64,000 nucleotides of DNA from Gammaproteobacteria bacterium (GTDB taxonomy: Bacteria; Pseudomonadota; Gammaproteobacteria; Steroidobacterales; Rariloculaceae), in NCBI GenBank assembly GCA_035644475.1, contig DASQOL010000030.1, positions 6,646-70,645 on the forward strand, written 5' to 3'. A program made the position numbers and the translations under genes. The notes below the pieces were generated by a model. The model had not been told where the DNA came from. It did not search any database and saw only the letters and a list, made by a program, of their open reading frames with translations. Shown piece by piece: positions 1-9,947 of the stretch. Position 1 is the first letter of the stretch, and each line of letters opens with the position of its first letter.

Positions 1-2
1 TG

Positions 3-962
3 CTCGTCGACGGCACGCCGCGCGTCGTCGTTCTTGGCGATTCCAACGTCCAAGCGGTGTTCTCGGCTCTCGAGGACACGTTTCCCGAGCAACTAGAGAA
101 GAATCTGATCGCCGAGCTCGGCAGTAGTGTCGAAGTCGTCAACGCGGGCGTCGTGGGTTACGGGCCGGACCACTATCTGCTACGGATGATGCTCGACTTG
201 GAGTCGCTGCATCCGGACGCGCTCGTGATCAACGTGTTCGCCGACAACGATCTCGGCGACGTGCTACGTCACCGCCTTTTCGATCTGCGCGACGGGGAGC
301 TAGTCCCACGCAAGGATCGTTTCATTCTGACGCCGTGGTCCTTCCCGCAGCGGGTTCAGCGTTTCGCGGGAACACGCTTGCTGACCAAGGTGGCAAACAA
401 AATTATCGCGCCCTTACTGCCCCGGCCCGACGGCGAGCCGCGAACGGATGGGCGCACCGATCGCATCGGCGCGCTAGAGGAACTCACGGCGCTGGAATCT
501 CGCAACTATGGCACTCCGGGCTCCGAGATCCTGCTCGTCGACCATTACGATATCGATGTCGCCGTGAACCCGAATGGCGAATCGGCCCGTTTAAAGGTAC
601 AGCTGATGCGAGCCCTGGCCGCCGAGATTACGAAACGCGCAGCGCGTGCGGGAACACCCTTGCTAGTCGTCGTCGAGCCGTCGCGTGTCGATCTCACGAT
701 GGCCGACTCGGTGAACTACGCGGCGCTGACCGAGCGATATCCGGAATACGACCGGCGCCGTCTCAGCAGCACGATAGCCACGATTTTCGCCGAGCAGGGG
801 GCTGACGTCGTGAATCTCTATGACGTCTTCTTGGCCAACGATGCCGACACTCTCTACTTCGCGGGCGCCGACAGTCATTGGAACGATCACGGCCAGCAGG
901 TGGCAGCGCGCGCTGTGGCACCGCGCGTCGCGGAATTCCTACGGCAGAAGCACCGGCACTAA
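3..962 (+). CDS. SGNH/GDSL-family hydrolase; the 5' end runs off the window edge
   Basis: The frame is open from nt 3, upstream of the listed GTG at 57. It reads LVDGTPRVVVLGDSNVQA (block I GDS motif). A C-terminal GADSHWNDHG matches the block V DxxH motif. Stop at 960-962. Confidence 0.6.
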   Translation, partial: LVDGTPRVVVLGDSNVQAVFSALEDTFPEQLEKNLIAELGSSVEVVNAGVVGYGPDHYLLRMMLDLESLHPDALVINVFADNDLGDVLRHRLFDLRDGELVPRKDRFILTPWSFPQRVQRFAGTRLLTKVANKIIAPLLPRPDGEPRTDGRTDRIGALEELTALESRNYGTPGSEILLVDHYDIDVAVNPNGESARLKVQLMRALAAEITKRAARAGTPLLVVVEPSRVDLTMADSVNYAALTERYPEYDRRRLSSTIATIFAEQGADVVNLYDVFLANDADTLYFAGADSHWNDHGQQVAARAVAPRVAEFLRQKHRH

Positions 963-1061
963 CGGTGCGTAACGGCGGCACGCGGACAGACCGCGTAGCC
1001 CGGCCATGGGCCCCCGGCTGGGTTCGTGCCGATTGCTTGATCCGCAATACGCGATGCCGCC

Positions 1062-1443
1062 GCAGCAGATCTCAGTTCGCGTTCAGTGCCGTAGGCGGGA
1101 TCGGGGTAGCGGGAGGTCTGTAGCCGCCTTTGAGCGATGCGGCGATGCTCCAACCCGGATTGCCGCCGGCCTGGAACTTGTACGCGCCGACGTCGCGCGC
1201 TCCGTTGCGCGGCGTTCCGAATCACGATCGGCTGGTCAGCCGTGCCGAACGCCGTGGTCAGGAACCGAGAGTCGAAGGAATAGGTGCCCCCGCGCGGCAC
1301 GAGCTCATCGCCCGGCCGGAGCGCTGCGATCGCGGCACGCACATCGGCGCCCGGGCCGATCTCGACGGTGGTTCGCCCCGGCGAATGGCGGCAAACCGAG
1401 CAACCAACGCCGCGGCGGCTCGCCGTGGGGCTCGCGGCAACAT
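1062..1443 (-). pseudogene. Possible decayed remnant of a right-handed beta-helix (pectate-lyase-like) protein gene
   Basis: Three minus-strand frames each hold one plausible piece. The first is [20 protein letters not shown] (signal-like). The second is TTVEIGPGADVRAAIAALRPGDELVPRGGTYSFDSRFLTTAFGTADQPIVIRNA, typical of the N-terminal region of beta-helix proteins. The third is RNGARDVGAYKFQAGGNPGWSIAASLKGG...NAN-stop. No single frame gives a full-length protein. Confidence 0.3.
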
Positions 1444-1483
1444 TCCGGAATCGGCTGGTGGCGTGCGTCGCCGGGTGAGTCAG

Positions 1484-2323
1484 TCAGTCGCTCAACGAGC
1501 TCCGCACACTCCGCAACTCGTCGGCATACTCCTCCATCACTCCGAGCGCCCGATCCCCGGCCGCGACGCCGAGCCGCCGCAGGGCAGGGTAGTGCGTCGT
1601 GTCTTGCCGATTGCTCGACAGCAACTTCGCCGCAATCAACACGTCCGTAAGCGTCACGTCCCCATCGAGCTCGAGCTCGAGCTCATCCTGATGCTCCACC
1701 GCGCTCTGCAGCGCCTCGGGCAGTCCCCAACTCTCGAGGATCGCCTTGCCGATCGAAGCGTGCCAACTATTCACCACCTCGCGGAACTCGGCTTCTGAAA
1801 GCTCCTCAGCCTCCTTCGACCGCATGATGATGTACAGCCGCCCGAGCACGTGCAGCAACCCGGTGAGCAGCGCCTGATCGGGATTCAGCCGCGTGCAGCG
1901 CTTCGCGATTACGAAGCACGCGGACGCGATCTCGAGGCTCTCCTTCCAGGCGTTCTCGAGCTCCTTCTGCGCCGCCGGCGTATAGGTGTCCTTGCGCCGC
2001 AGTTGCCGCATGGCGAACGCGACCGCGACGCTGCGAACCATGTTGAAGCCCATGCGGCTCACGGCCTTGCGCAGATCGGTGACGTCCTGATCCATGCGCC
2101 GGAATTCGGCCGAGTTCGCGATCTTGAGCAGCCGCGCCGCGAGCGCGGGCTCCGAGCTCAGGATCCTCACGATGTCGTCGGTGTTCGTGTCCGGCGATTG
2201 CAACGCCCGCTGGATGCGCAGCACGGCTTCGGGAAAGCCCGGCAGCTCCATGTGCTGGTCGCGCAAGTCCTGCGCGAGACGCTCGACGAAGCCAAACCCG
2301 ACGGCGTTGGCCGAAGTTGACAT
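1484..2323 (-). CDS. HDOD domain signalling protein
   Basis: MSTSANAVGF...LPGFPEAVLRIQRALQSPDTNTDDIVRILSSEPALAARLLKIANSAEFRR plus LLHVLGRLYI are HDOD hallmarks. The start is placed at the internal ATG (2323), because the longer ORF would overlap the divergent neighbour. Confidence 0.8.
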   Translation of the reverse strand: MSTSANAVGFGFVERLAQDLRDQHMELPGFPEAVLRIQRALQSPDTNTDDIVRILSSEPALAARLLKIANSAEFRRMDQDVTDLRKAVSRMGFNMVRSVAVAFAMRQLRRKDTYTPAAQKELENAWKESLEIASACFVIAKRCTRLNPDQALLTGLLHVLGRLYIIMRSKEAEELSEAEFREVVNSWHASIGKAILESWGLPEALQSAVEHQDELELELDGDVTLTDVLIAAKLLSSNRQDTTHYPALRRLGVAAGDRALGVMEEYADELRSVRSSLSD

Positions 2324-2391
2324 AACGGTCCTCTCCAAAAGCGGCGATCGCTTTGCCAATATCGGCTCGAATTGGAATACCTTAATCAGGG

Positions 2392-2994
2392 ATGCCCGCA
2401 TTGGACCATTTGCCGCCGCTGCAGGGGCTCGTGCTGGCCGGAGGCCGGAGCAGCCGCATGGGCCGCGACAAGGCCGCGCTCGACTTCCACGGCGAGCCGC
2501 AGGTGCACTGGGCCTACCGGTTGCTCGGCCCGCATTGCTAGGGCGTCTGCGTCTCGGTGCGCGCGGACCAGCGTGCGGAGCCGGTCTTCGCGGGGCTCGC
2601 CCTCGTCAGCGACGACGGCGCCGCGGAGGGGCCGGCGGCCGGCCTGCTGGCCGCCCGGCGGTTCGCGCCCGGCTCCGCCTGGCTCGCGCTCGCGACCGAC
2701 ATGCCTCTGGTCGACCCCGCGACCCTCGCCGCCTTGGTCGCGGGCCGCGACCCGCAGGCGGTCGCGACGGCCTTCCTGCACGCCGACGGCACGCCGGAGC
2801 CGCTCTGCACGATCTGGGAGCCGCGGGCCCGGCAATTGCTCGAGCGGGCGGCGGCGACCGGGTCCGCGTCGCTGCGGCGTCTCCTGGGCGGCGCCAGGCT
2901 GTTGGCCGCCCCCGATCCCGCGCGCCTCGCGAGCGTGAACTCCCCGGCCGAGGAGGCGGCGGCCCGCGGGCGGCTCCGGTCGCAGGACGGTTGA
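2392..2994 (+). pseudogene. MobA-like NTP transferase (molybdenum cofactor guanylyltransferase family) interrupted by an in-frame TAG at 2539-2541
   Basis: ATG 2392 gives MPALDHLPPLQGLVLAGGRSSRMGRDKAALDFHGEPQVHWAYRLLGPHC-TAG. The same frame continues GVCVSVRADQ...LALATDMPLVDPATL...EPLCTIWEP. LAGGxSxRMGxDK is the family nucleotide-binding motif. The track only lists the downstream piece (2557..2994). Confidence 0.65.
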
Positions 2995-3162
2995 TGTAAA
3001 TTAGGGGTTCTCCCTTGGCTCGCAACTGTGCGAACATGAGAGCTGAACGCAGTACCTGCTCATGCAAAAACATAAGGTTACGCAGCTCTCGAACGTAACC
3101 GTTGAACGCGCGCGGCGCTGCACCCGCGGCCGATCAATCACAACAACTCAAGAGAGCCAGAC

Positions 3163-5265
3163 ATGGTGGCGGAGTACCAAGATCGAACCGTGATGCGCGC
3201 GGTCGACGCGCCGAAGCCTCCGGCGCCCGCGAAGGTTCGCGACATCCTCGAGTACCGCACAGGGCTCGACGATACGCTGCCGCCGACTCCGCTGCGGGAC
3301 CTGCTGTCGGCGAGTGGCGCGAACGTCTTCGTGTTGTCCGTCGACGCGGAGCTGCAAGAGACCGTGCAGCGCGCCGGCGGCGATCAATATCCCGTCTACA
3401 CGGTCGCCGACTGGGGCGAGCTGCGCGCGGCGATCGAAGGAGGGCGCTGCGGCATCGCCGTGCTCGACGCCGCATTGCTCGGCCAGGCGCTTGCGCGGCG
3501 CATCGCGGAGCTCGAGCGATTCGAGGATCGGCTCGTCACGCTCGTCGCCGCGGATCGCACCGACGCGCAGAACCTGATCGGCTTCTTGTCGGATCGCAAG
3601 ATTCATCGGCTGCTGATCAAGCCTCCGGCGCTCGGTATCACGCGGTTGCTGCTCGAATCGGCGGTGAGCCGCTGCATCCAGCTGCGCGAGCGCGCCGAGT
3701 CGCCCGGTTCCGTTACCACGCAGAGGACCGAGGTCCGGCCGCGCGCGGCCGCCGCGATTCGCTCGGGCGCGTCTCGGCTGCCCTCCTGGTTGCTGGCGAC
3801 CGCATTGGTCTCGCTCATGATCGGCGCGGTGCTCGTCGCGAGCTTCAAGCCCCTATGGCCGAGCAGTCCGAGCGGACAGCGCAGCGACGCCACTGACGTT
3901 CGGGGGGCCGTCGCGCCCGTCGGTGCGGCCGTCGAGACGGCCCCTGCGGCCGATCGCTTCGCCGACCTGCTCGCGCGCGCCGACCGCGCTTTCAGCGAAG
4001 GCCGCTTGACCGAGCCGTCCGGAGACAACGCGCTCGACTACTACCTCACCGTTCTCGCCGTCGATCCGTCGCACTCCCTCGCGCGCGAACGCCTCACGAT
4101 GGTTCTCGATGCCCTGTTCGCACAGGCGGAAGCGGGGCTGCTCGACAACTCGCTCGAAGTCGTCGCCGCGGCGCTCGCGGCCGTGCGTCGCGCGGACCCG
4201 CAGAGCGGCCGACTCGCGTTCCTCGACGCCCAGCTCGAGCGCGCGCGCGCGGCGAACAAGGCGTCGGCAGCGCTGCGCGCATCGACCGCGTCGGCGCCGG
4301 CGGCGGAGCCCGCCGCCCCGCCGGCCGAAGCCGCCGTCCGGCGTCCGCAGCAGGGAGAGCTCGACAGCCTGCTGACGATTGCCGCCGCCCGCATGCAACG
4401 GGGCCAGCTCGTCGAACCCGCAGGCGACAGCGCGCGCGACTACATCGCGCGCGCCGCGCAGTTGAGCCCCTCCGACGCGGGCGTCGCGCGCGCACGCGCG
4501 GACCTGTTGTCGGCGCTCGTGACCTCCGCTGGCGCGGTGCTCAAGGCGGGCAACGTGGACGCTTCCGCGGCGCTGCTCGACGAAGCGCGCAAGCTCGGCG
4601 CCAAATCGGACTCGCTGGCGCTCGTGGACGGCGAAGTGGTCGCGACGCGCGCGGCGCGGGCCGAGCAGCGGCGCGCGGCGATGCTCGCGACGGCGCGTGA
4701 GCGGCTCGCGAGCGGCGCGCTGATCACGCCTGCCGGCGGAAGTGCGCTCGATCAACTGCTCGCGCTGGAGGCAGACTCGCCCGATTCCGCCGAAGCGCGT
4801 CCTGTGTGGGCGGAGCTCATGCAGGCGATCACCTCGAACGCGACCGCGGCACTTGCCCGCGGCGATTCGGCGGGCGCCGACGGGTGGATCGCGGCGCTTG
4901 CCCGCTCCGGGCGCGACACCGCCAACGCCGACGCGCTGCGCCGCCAACTCGACACGATGCGCTTGCGGCAGCAATACCTCGCGAACTGGTCGCCGTCGAG
5001 CGAGCTCAGCCTGTTGAGCTACGCGAGGCCCGTCTATCCGCGCGAGGCGCAGATCGACGGCGTCGAAGGTTGGGTGGACCTCGAGTTCATCGTCGACCTC
5101 AACGGCAGGCCGCGCGAGCTCCGCGCGGTGGAGAGCCAGCCGAACGGGCATTTCGAGCGCGCCGCGCTCGCCGCCGTGGCCCAGTACCAGTACGAGCCGT
5201 TCGTCCGGGGCGGCGAGGTTTTCGAGCGCCGAGTGCGGCTACGCATTCGCTTTACGCTCCAGTAG
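3163..5265 (+). CDS. Membrane protein with an N-terminal receiver-like domain, one TM helix, three Ala-rich helical repeats and a TonB C-terminal domain
   Basis: The C-terminus YPREAQIDGVEGWVDLEFIVDLNGRPRELRAVES...AALAAVAQYQYEPF is a TonB_C signature. Residues ~54-170 look receiver-like (VFVLSVDAE, GIAVLDAALL, RLLIKP). The TM helix is LPSWLLATALVSLMIGAVLVASF. Three repeats carry EPSGDNALDYY / EPAGDSARDYI / TPAGGSALDQL. Confidence 0.75.
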   Translation: MVAEYQDRTVMRAVDAPKPPAPAKVRDILEYRTGLDDTLPPTPLRDLLSASGANVFVLSVDAELQETVQRAGGDQYPVYTVADWGELRAAIEGGRCGIAVLDAALLGQALARRIAELERFEDRLVTLVAADRTDAQNLIGFLSDRKIHRLLIKPPALGITRLLLESAVSRCIQLRERAESPGSVTTQRTEVRPRAAAAIRSGASRLPSWLLATALVSLMIGAVLVASFKPLWPSSPSGQRSDATDVRGAVAPVGAAVETAPAADRFADLLARADRAFSEGRLTEPSGDNALDYYLTVLAVDPSHSLARERLTMVLDALFAQAEAGLLDNSLEVVAAALAAVRRADPQSGRLAFLDAQLERARAANKASAALRASTASAPAAEPAAPPAEAAVRRPQQGELDSLLTIAAARMQRGQLVEPAGDSARDYIARAAQLSPSDAGVARARADLLSALVTSAGAVLKAGNVDASAALLDEARKLGAKSDSLALVDGEVVATRAARAEQRRAAMLATARERLASGALITPAGGSALDQLLALEADSPDSAEARPVWAELMQAITSNATAALARGDSAGADGWIAALARSGRDTANADALRRQLDTMRLRQQYLANWSPSSELSLLSYARPVYPREAQIDGVEGWVDLEFIVDLNGRPRELRAVESQPNGHFERAALAAVAQYQYEPFVRGGEVFERRVRLRIRFTLQ

Positions 5266-5576
5266 CCGCCAGGCCTCCGTCGCGTCATGGCGCCCGGGGC
5301 CGGGCGTCGCGACCCTCGGCCGCCCGGCCGGCGCCAAGGCCTGCCGCGCGAGCCTGGAAATGTGCTGTAACCCCCGGAAAGCGCAAAGCTTTGCGCGGCC
5401 CTTGGCGGATGCCTCCGGCACGGTTATCCTGCGAAAGAACAAGAACACCAGCCTACCCACCAGTTGGTCTTTGAGGGCGCGCTGTCAGGCTCGGAGCTGA
5501 TGGAAGCCATGGGTAGTCCCGTCTGTCGGCGGCGGTTTCTTTAAGCGCTGGCTGTGGCAGCGTCGCCCTCTCCCCT

Positions 5577-5646
5577 GGGTCTGACCCCATTTCGCGTGAC
5601 CCCCCGCGGCCTTGCGCGGCGGGTCGTGCGAAATGGGGTCAGACCC
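5577..5646. repeat. 70-nt hairpin-forming inverted repeat with 19-bp perfect arms
   Basis: GGGTCTGACCCCATTTCGC (5577-5595) is the exact reverse complement of GCGAAATGGGGTCAGACCC (5628-5646). The 32-nt spacer is itself partly self-complementary (CCGCG...CGCGG). Further TGACCCC copies flank it. Confidence 0.7.
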
Positions 5647-5764
5647 CAATTGCGCGGGGGTGCCTGACCCCGGTTGCACCGCGCTCACCCGCTCCTCACA
5701 CTTCGTCTCTTGCGAAGCGCGCGTCTGTCGCTAGTCTTTCGCGTTCCAACGGAAGGATCCCGCG

Positions 5765-6937
5765 TTGACCACGAAAGTACCGCTGCTCGATCTCAAGGGC
5801 CAATACGCGCCGCTGCGCGCCGAAATCGAACAGGCGATTCGCGAAGTCTGCGACAGCCAGCGCTTCGTGCTCGGCCCCCGAGTGACGGAGCTCGAAAAAC
5901 GGATCGCGGCCTACTCGCAAGCGACGCACGGTATCGGCATGTCGTCCGGAACCGACGCACTGCTCGTCGCGCTAATGGCGCTCGACGTCGGACCCGGCGA
6001 CGAGGTGGTCACGACGCCGTTCACGTTCTTCGCGACCGCGGGCGTCGTCGCGCGCCTCGGGGCGCGGCCGCTCTTCTGCGACATCGATCCGCTGACCTTC
6101 AATCTGTCGCCTGAGGCCGTCGCCGCCACGCTCGCCACGCAGTGCGAGCAGGTGGGAGATCGACTCGTCAATCGCCGTACGGGCGGCGTCGTCAAGGCAC
6201 TGATTCCTGTCCACTTGTACGGTCAGATGGCCGACATGGATGCGTTGATGGCGATTGCCCGCCGGCATCGCCTCGCGGTCGTAGAGGACGCGGCGCAAGC
6301 GATTGGGGCGGCGCTCGCGGACGGCCGGTGCGCGGGCAGCATCGGCGACGTCGGCTGTTTGTCGTTCTTCCCCACCAAGAATCTCGGGGCGTTCGGGGAC
6401 GCGGGGATGTGCGTCACGCGCAGCCACGGGTTGGACGAACGGATGCGGATACTGCGCGTGCACGGGGGCGAGCCGAAGTACTTTCACGGCGTCATCGGCG
6501 GCAACTTCCGCCTGGACGAGATCCAGGCGGCGGTGCTGCTGATCAAGCTCGAGCACCTCGACGCTTGGACGGCGGCGCGGCAAGCCAACGCGGCGCACTA
6601 TGACGCGTTGTTCGCCGAAGCTGGTCTCACGGAGCAGGTCGCGTTGCCGTACCGCAAACCGGGCGAGCGCCACATCTTCAACCAATACGTCATTCGCGTC
6701 GCGCATCGCGACGAGCTGCGGGCGGATCTCGAGGCTCGGGGTGTGGGAACCGAGGTCTACTATCCGCTGCCGCTGCACGAGCAGCAGTGCTTTGCGTACC
6801 TCGGCCACGCGCCGAGTGACTTCCCACACGCGCACGGGGCGGCCGCGGAGGTTCTTGCGCTGCCGATATATCCCGAGCTCGAGATCGAGCAACGCGAGCA
6901 CGTGGTCCGGGAGATCGCGGCGTTCTTCGGCGTCTAG
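5765..6937 (+). CDS. DegT/DnrJ/EryC1/StrS-family sugar aminotransferase (PLP-dependent)
   Basis: VPLLDLKGQYAPLRAEIEQAIREVCDSQRFVLGPRVTELEKRIAAY...GMSSGTDALLVALMAL...VVTTPFTFFATAG is typical of the family. TTG start preceded by GGAAGGA. Confidence 0.85.
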   Translation: MTTKVPLLDLKGQYAPLRAEIEQAIREVCDSQRFVLGPRVTELEKRIAAYSQATHGIGMSSGTDALLVALMALDVGPGDEVVTTPFTFFATAGVVARLGARPLFCDIDPLTFNLSPEAVAATLATQCEQVGDRLVNRRTGGVVKALIPVHLYGQMADMDALMAIARRHRLAVVEDAAQAIGAALADGRCAGSIGDVGCLSFFPTKNLGAFGDAGMCVTRSHGLDERMRILRVHGGEPKYFHGVIGGNFRLDEIQAAVLLIKLEHLDAWTAARQANAAHYDALFAEAGLTEQVALPYRKPGERHIFNQYVIRVAHRDELRADLEARGVGTEVYYPLPLHEQQCFAYLGHAPSDFPHAHGAAAEVLALPIYPELEIEQREHVVREIAAFFGV

Positions 6938-6968
6938 GCATGTATTCGCGCGCGGAAGCGGCGGACCA

Positions 6969-7002
6969 CGGCAAAACCCCCAGCGACACTCGGGTTTTGC
7001 CG
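6969..7002 (+). terminator. Stem-loop downstream of the aminotransferase gene (11-bp stem, no U-tract)
   Basis: CGGCAAAACCC (6969-6979) pairs with GGGTTTTGCCG (6992-7002) around a 12-nt loop. The following sequence is not T-rich, so terminator function is uncertain. Confidence 0.3.
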
Positions 7003-7066
7003 CCCCGTCGGCCGGACTGTGACGCGCACAATTTCGTTTCCGAAGCACTTGTGGCAGCATCGGCCG

Positions 7067-8482
<1,416 letters not shown>

Positions 8483-8573
8483 CCCCGAAAAATAGGGACA
8501 TGTTGCCTTTTTCGGCGAAGCCCTCGGACAACCGATGGCGGGTCGCCGAAAAATGCAACATGTCCCTATTTTC
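8483..8573. repeat. Short copy of the AAAATAGGGACATGTT palindromic element; likely a bidirectional terminator-like hairpin
   Basis: GAAAAATAGGGACATGTTGC-C-TTTTTCGGCGA (8487-8518) pairs with TCGCCGAAAAA-T-GCAACATGTCCCTATTTTC (8543-8573) around a 24-nt loop. It fills exactly the space between the prsR-like stop (TGA 8480-8482) and the glrR stop (8574-8576). Confidence 0.85.
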
Positions 8574-9947
8574 TTACCGGCTGTCTTTGAACTGCTCGGG
8601 GTTGAGCTGGTGGCGGCCGAGCAGCTTGTAGAAGTCGGTGCGGTTGCGCTTCGCGAGACGCGCCGCCTGACTTACGTTGCCGCCGGTAATCTGCAACAGC
8701 TGCGAGAGGTAGTTGCGCGTGAATTCGTCGCGCGCTTCCGAGAACGACGGCAGCGCGTTGGCTTGCTCGCCGAGCGCGCTTCGCACCTGCTCCGTCGAGA
8801 TCACGCGCGTCGGGGATAACGCGACGTTCTGGCGTACCACGTTGTAGAGCTGACGGATGTTGCCGGGCCAGTGGCTCGCCACCAGGAGCTCGACGGCCTC
8901 GGGCGCGTACACCTTGCGCTCCTGACCCGACTCCGCCGAGATCTGTACGAGGAAGTGGTCGACGAGCAGCGGAACGTCCTCGCGCCGCTCGCGCAGTGCA
9001 GGCAGCTGGATGTTGACGACGTTCAAGCGATAGTAGAGGTCCTCGCGGAACGCGCCCTTGATCATGAGGTCTTTCAAGTCCTGGTGCGTTGCCGAGATCA
9101 CGCGCGTGTTGACCTTGACGGCGTCGGTGCTGCCGACGGGCCGAACCTGCTCCTCTTGCAGCACGCGCAAGAGCTTCACCTGCAGGCGCATCGGCATGTC
9201 GCCGATCTCGTCGAGCAGCAGCGTGCCGCCGTGGGCCGCCTGGAACAAACCCTTGTGGGTGCGGTGCGCGCCGGTGAACGCGCCTTTCTCGTGACCGAAG
9301 AGCTCCGACTCGAGCAGATTCTCGGCCATCGCGCTGCAGTTGATCGCTACGAACGCGTTGTCCTTGCGCGTGCTCGCGCGATGGATCGCGCGCGCCATGA
9401 GCTCCTTGCCCGTGCCGGACTCGCCCGTGATCAGCACGCGCGTGTCGCCGCTTGCCACCATGCGCGCCTGCTGTAGACACGCCTCCATAGCGGGGCTGCG
9501 CGTGATGATCTCGGCGCTCCACTCGTCCTCGCTCTTCGGGAGGCCCGAGACCTTCATGGCCTTCTCGACGTACTCGAGCAGCTGCTGCTTGTCGACGGGC
9601 TTCGTGAGAAAGCCGAACGCGCCGCTTTGCGTCGCCTCGACGGCGTCGGGGATCGTGCCGTGCGCCGTCAACAGCAACACGCAGAGCCCGGGTCGCTGCC
9701 GTTGGATCTCCTTGAGGAGCGCGATGCCGTCCATGTTCTCCATGCGGAGGTCGCTGATCACGAGATCCGGTCGAAACCGGGACAGCGCCGCGAGCGCCTC
9801 CGCTGCGCTCTCGACCGCCTCGACGTCGTAGTGCTCGGCACGCAGCCGGATGCTCAAGAGTCTGAGCAGTCCCGGGTCGTCATCGACTAAGAGGATCCTT
9901 CCTCGCGGCAGATCGTGGCCCGCCGGCCTATTTTGGATTTGCACCAT
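8574..9947 (-). CDS. glrR: Sigma-54-dependent response regulator GlrR/QseF type
   Basis: [19 protein letters not shown]...[14 protein letters not shown]...[53 protein letters not shown] and the C-terminal [35 protein letters not shown] closely track E. coli GlrR as I recall it. The ATG at 9947 is preceded by GAAAGGGAAA. Confidence 0.85.
   Translation of the reverse strand: MVQIQNRPAGHDLPRGRILLVDDDPGLLRLLSIRLRAEHYDVEAVESAAEALAALSRFRPDLVISDLRMENMDGIALLKEIQRQRPGLCVLLLTAHGTIPDAVEATQSGAFGFLTKPVDKQQLLEYVEKAMKVSGLPKSEDEWSAEIITRSPAMEACLQQARMVASGDTRVLITGESGTGKELMARAIHRASTRKDNAFVAINCSAMAENLLESELFGHEKGAFTGAHRTHKGLFQAAHGGTLLLDEIGDMPMRLQVKLLRVLQEEQVRPVGSTDAVKVNTRVISATHQDLKDLMIKGAFREDLYYRLNVVNIQLPALRERREDVPLLVDHFLVQISAESGQERKVYAPEAVELLVASHWPGNIRQLYNVVRQNVALSPTRVISTEQVRSALGEQANALPSFSEARDEFTRNYLSQLLQITGGNVSQAARLAKRNRTDFYKLLGRHQLNPEQFKDSR

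Noticed and set aside
2539-2541. The in-frame TAG in the MobA-like gene as programmed recoding (pyrrolysine or read-through).
   Set aside because: The window has no pyl genes or recoding signals, and the organism type makes recoding implausible. A nonsense mutation or sequencing error is the simpler explanation.
3016-3032. A sigma-54-like sequence, TTGGCTCGCAACTGTGC, upstream of the REC-like/TonB_C gene.
   Set aside because: The GG-to-GC spacing is 11 nt rather than 10, and the -12 element reads TGTGC rather than TTGC.
3853-5151. Long antisense or out-of-frame 'shadow' ORFs that overlap recognised genes throughout the window. Examples are 3853..5151 -, 5972..7333 -, 33097..35646 -, 49901..51862 -, 55684..58752 - and 58855..60204 -.
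   Set aside because: This is typical of stop-codon-poor high-GC DNA. The translations are dominated by R/A/G/P/D with no domain signatures, and each one overlaps a gene with clear conserved motifs in another frame.
5412-5430. A sigma-54-like sequence, CGGCACGGTTATCCTGC, in the 5.3-5.7 kb intergenic region.
   Set aside because: The -12 GC is displaced by 2 nt relative to consensus spacing, so it is not a credible RpoN promoter.
5485-5688. A 67-codon minus-strand ORF and other small ORFs inside the 5266-5764 gap.
   Set aside because: The 67-codon ORF runs across the hairpin repeat, lacks an RBS, and gives a Gly/Pro/His-rich, non-protein-like product.
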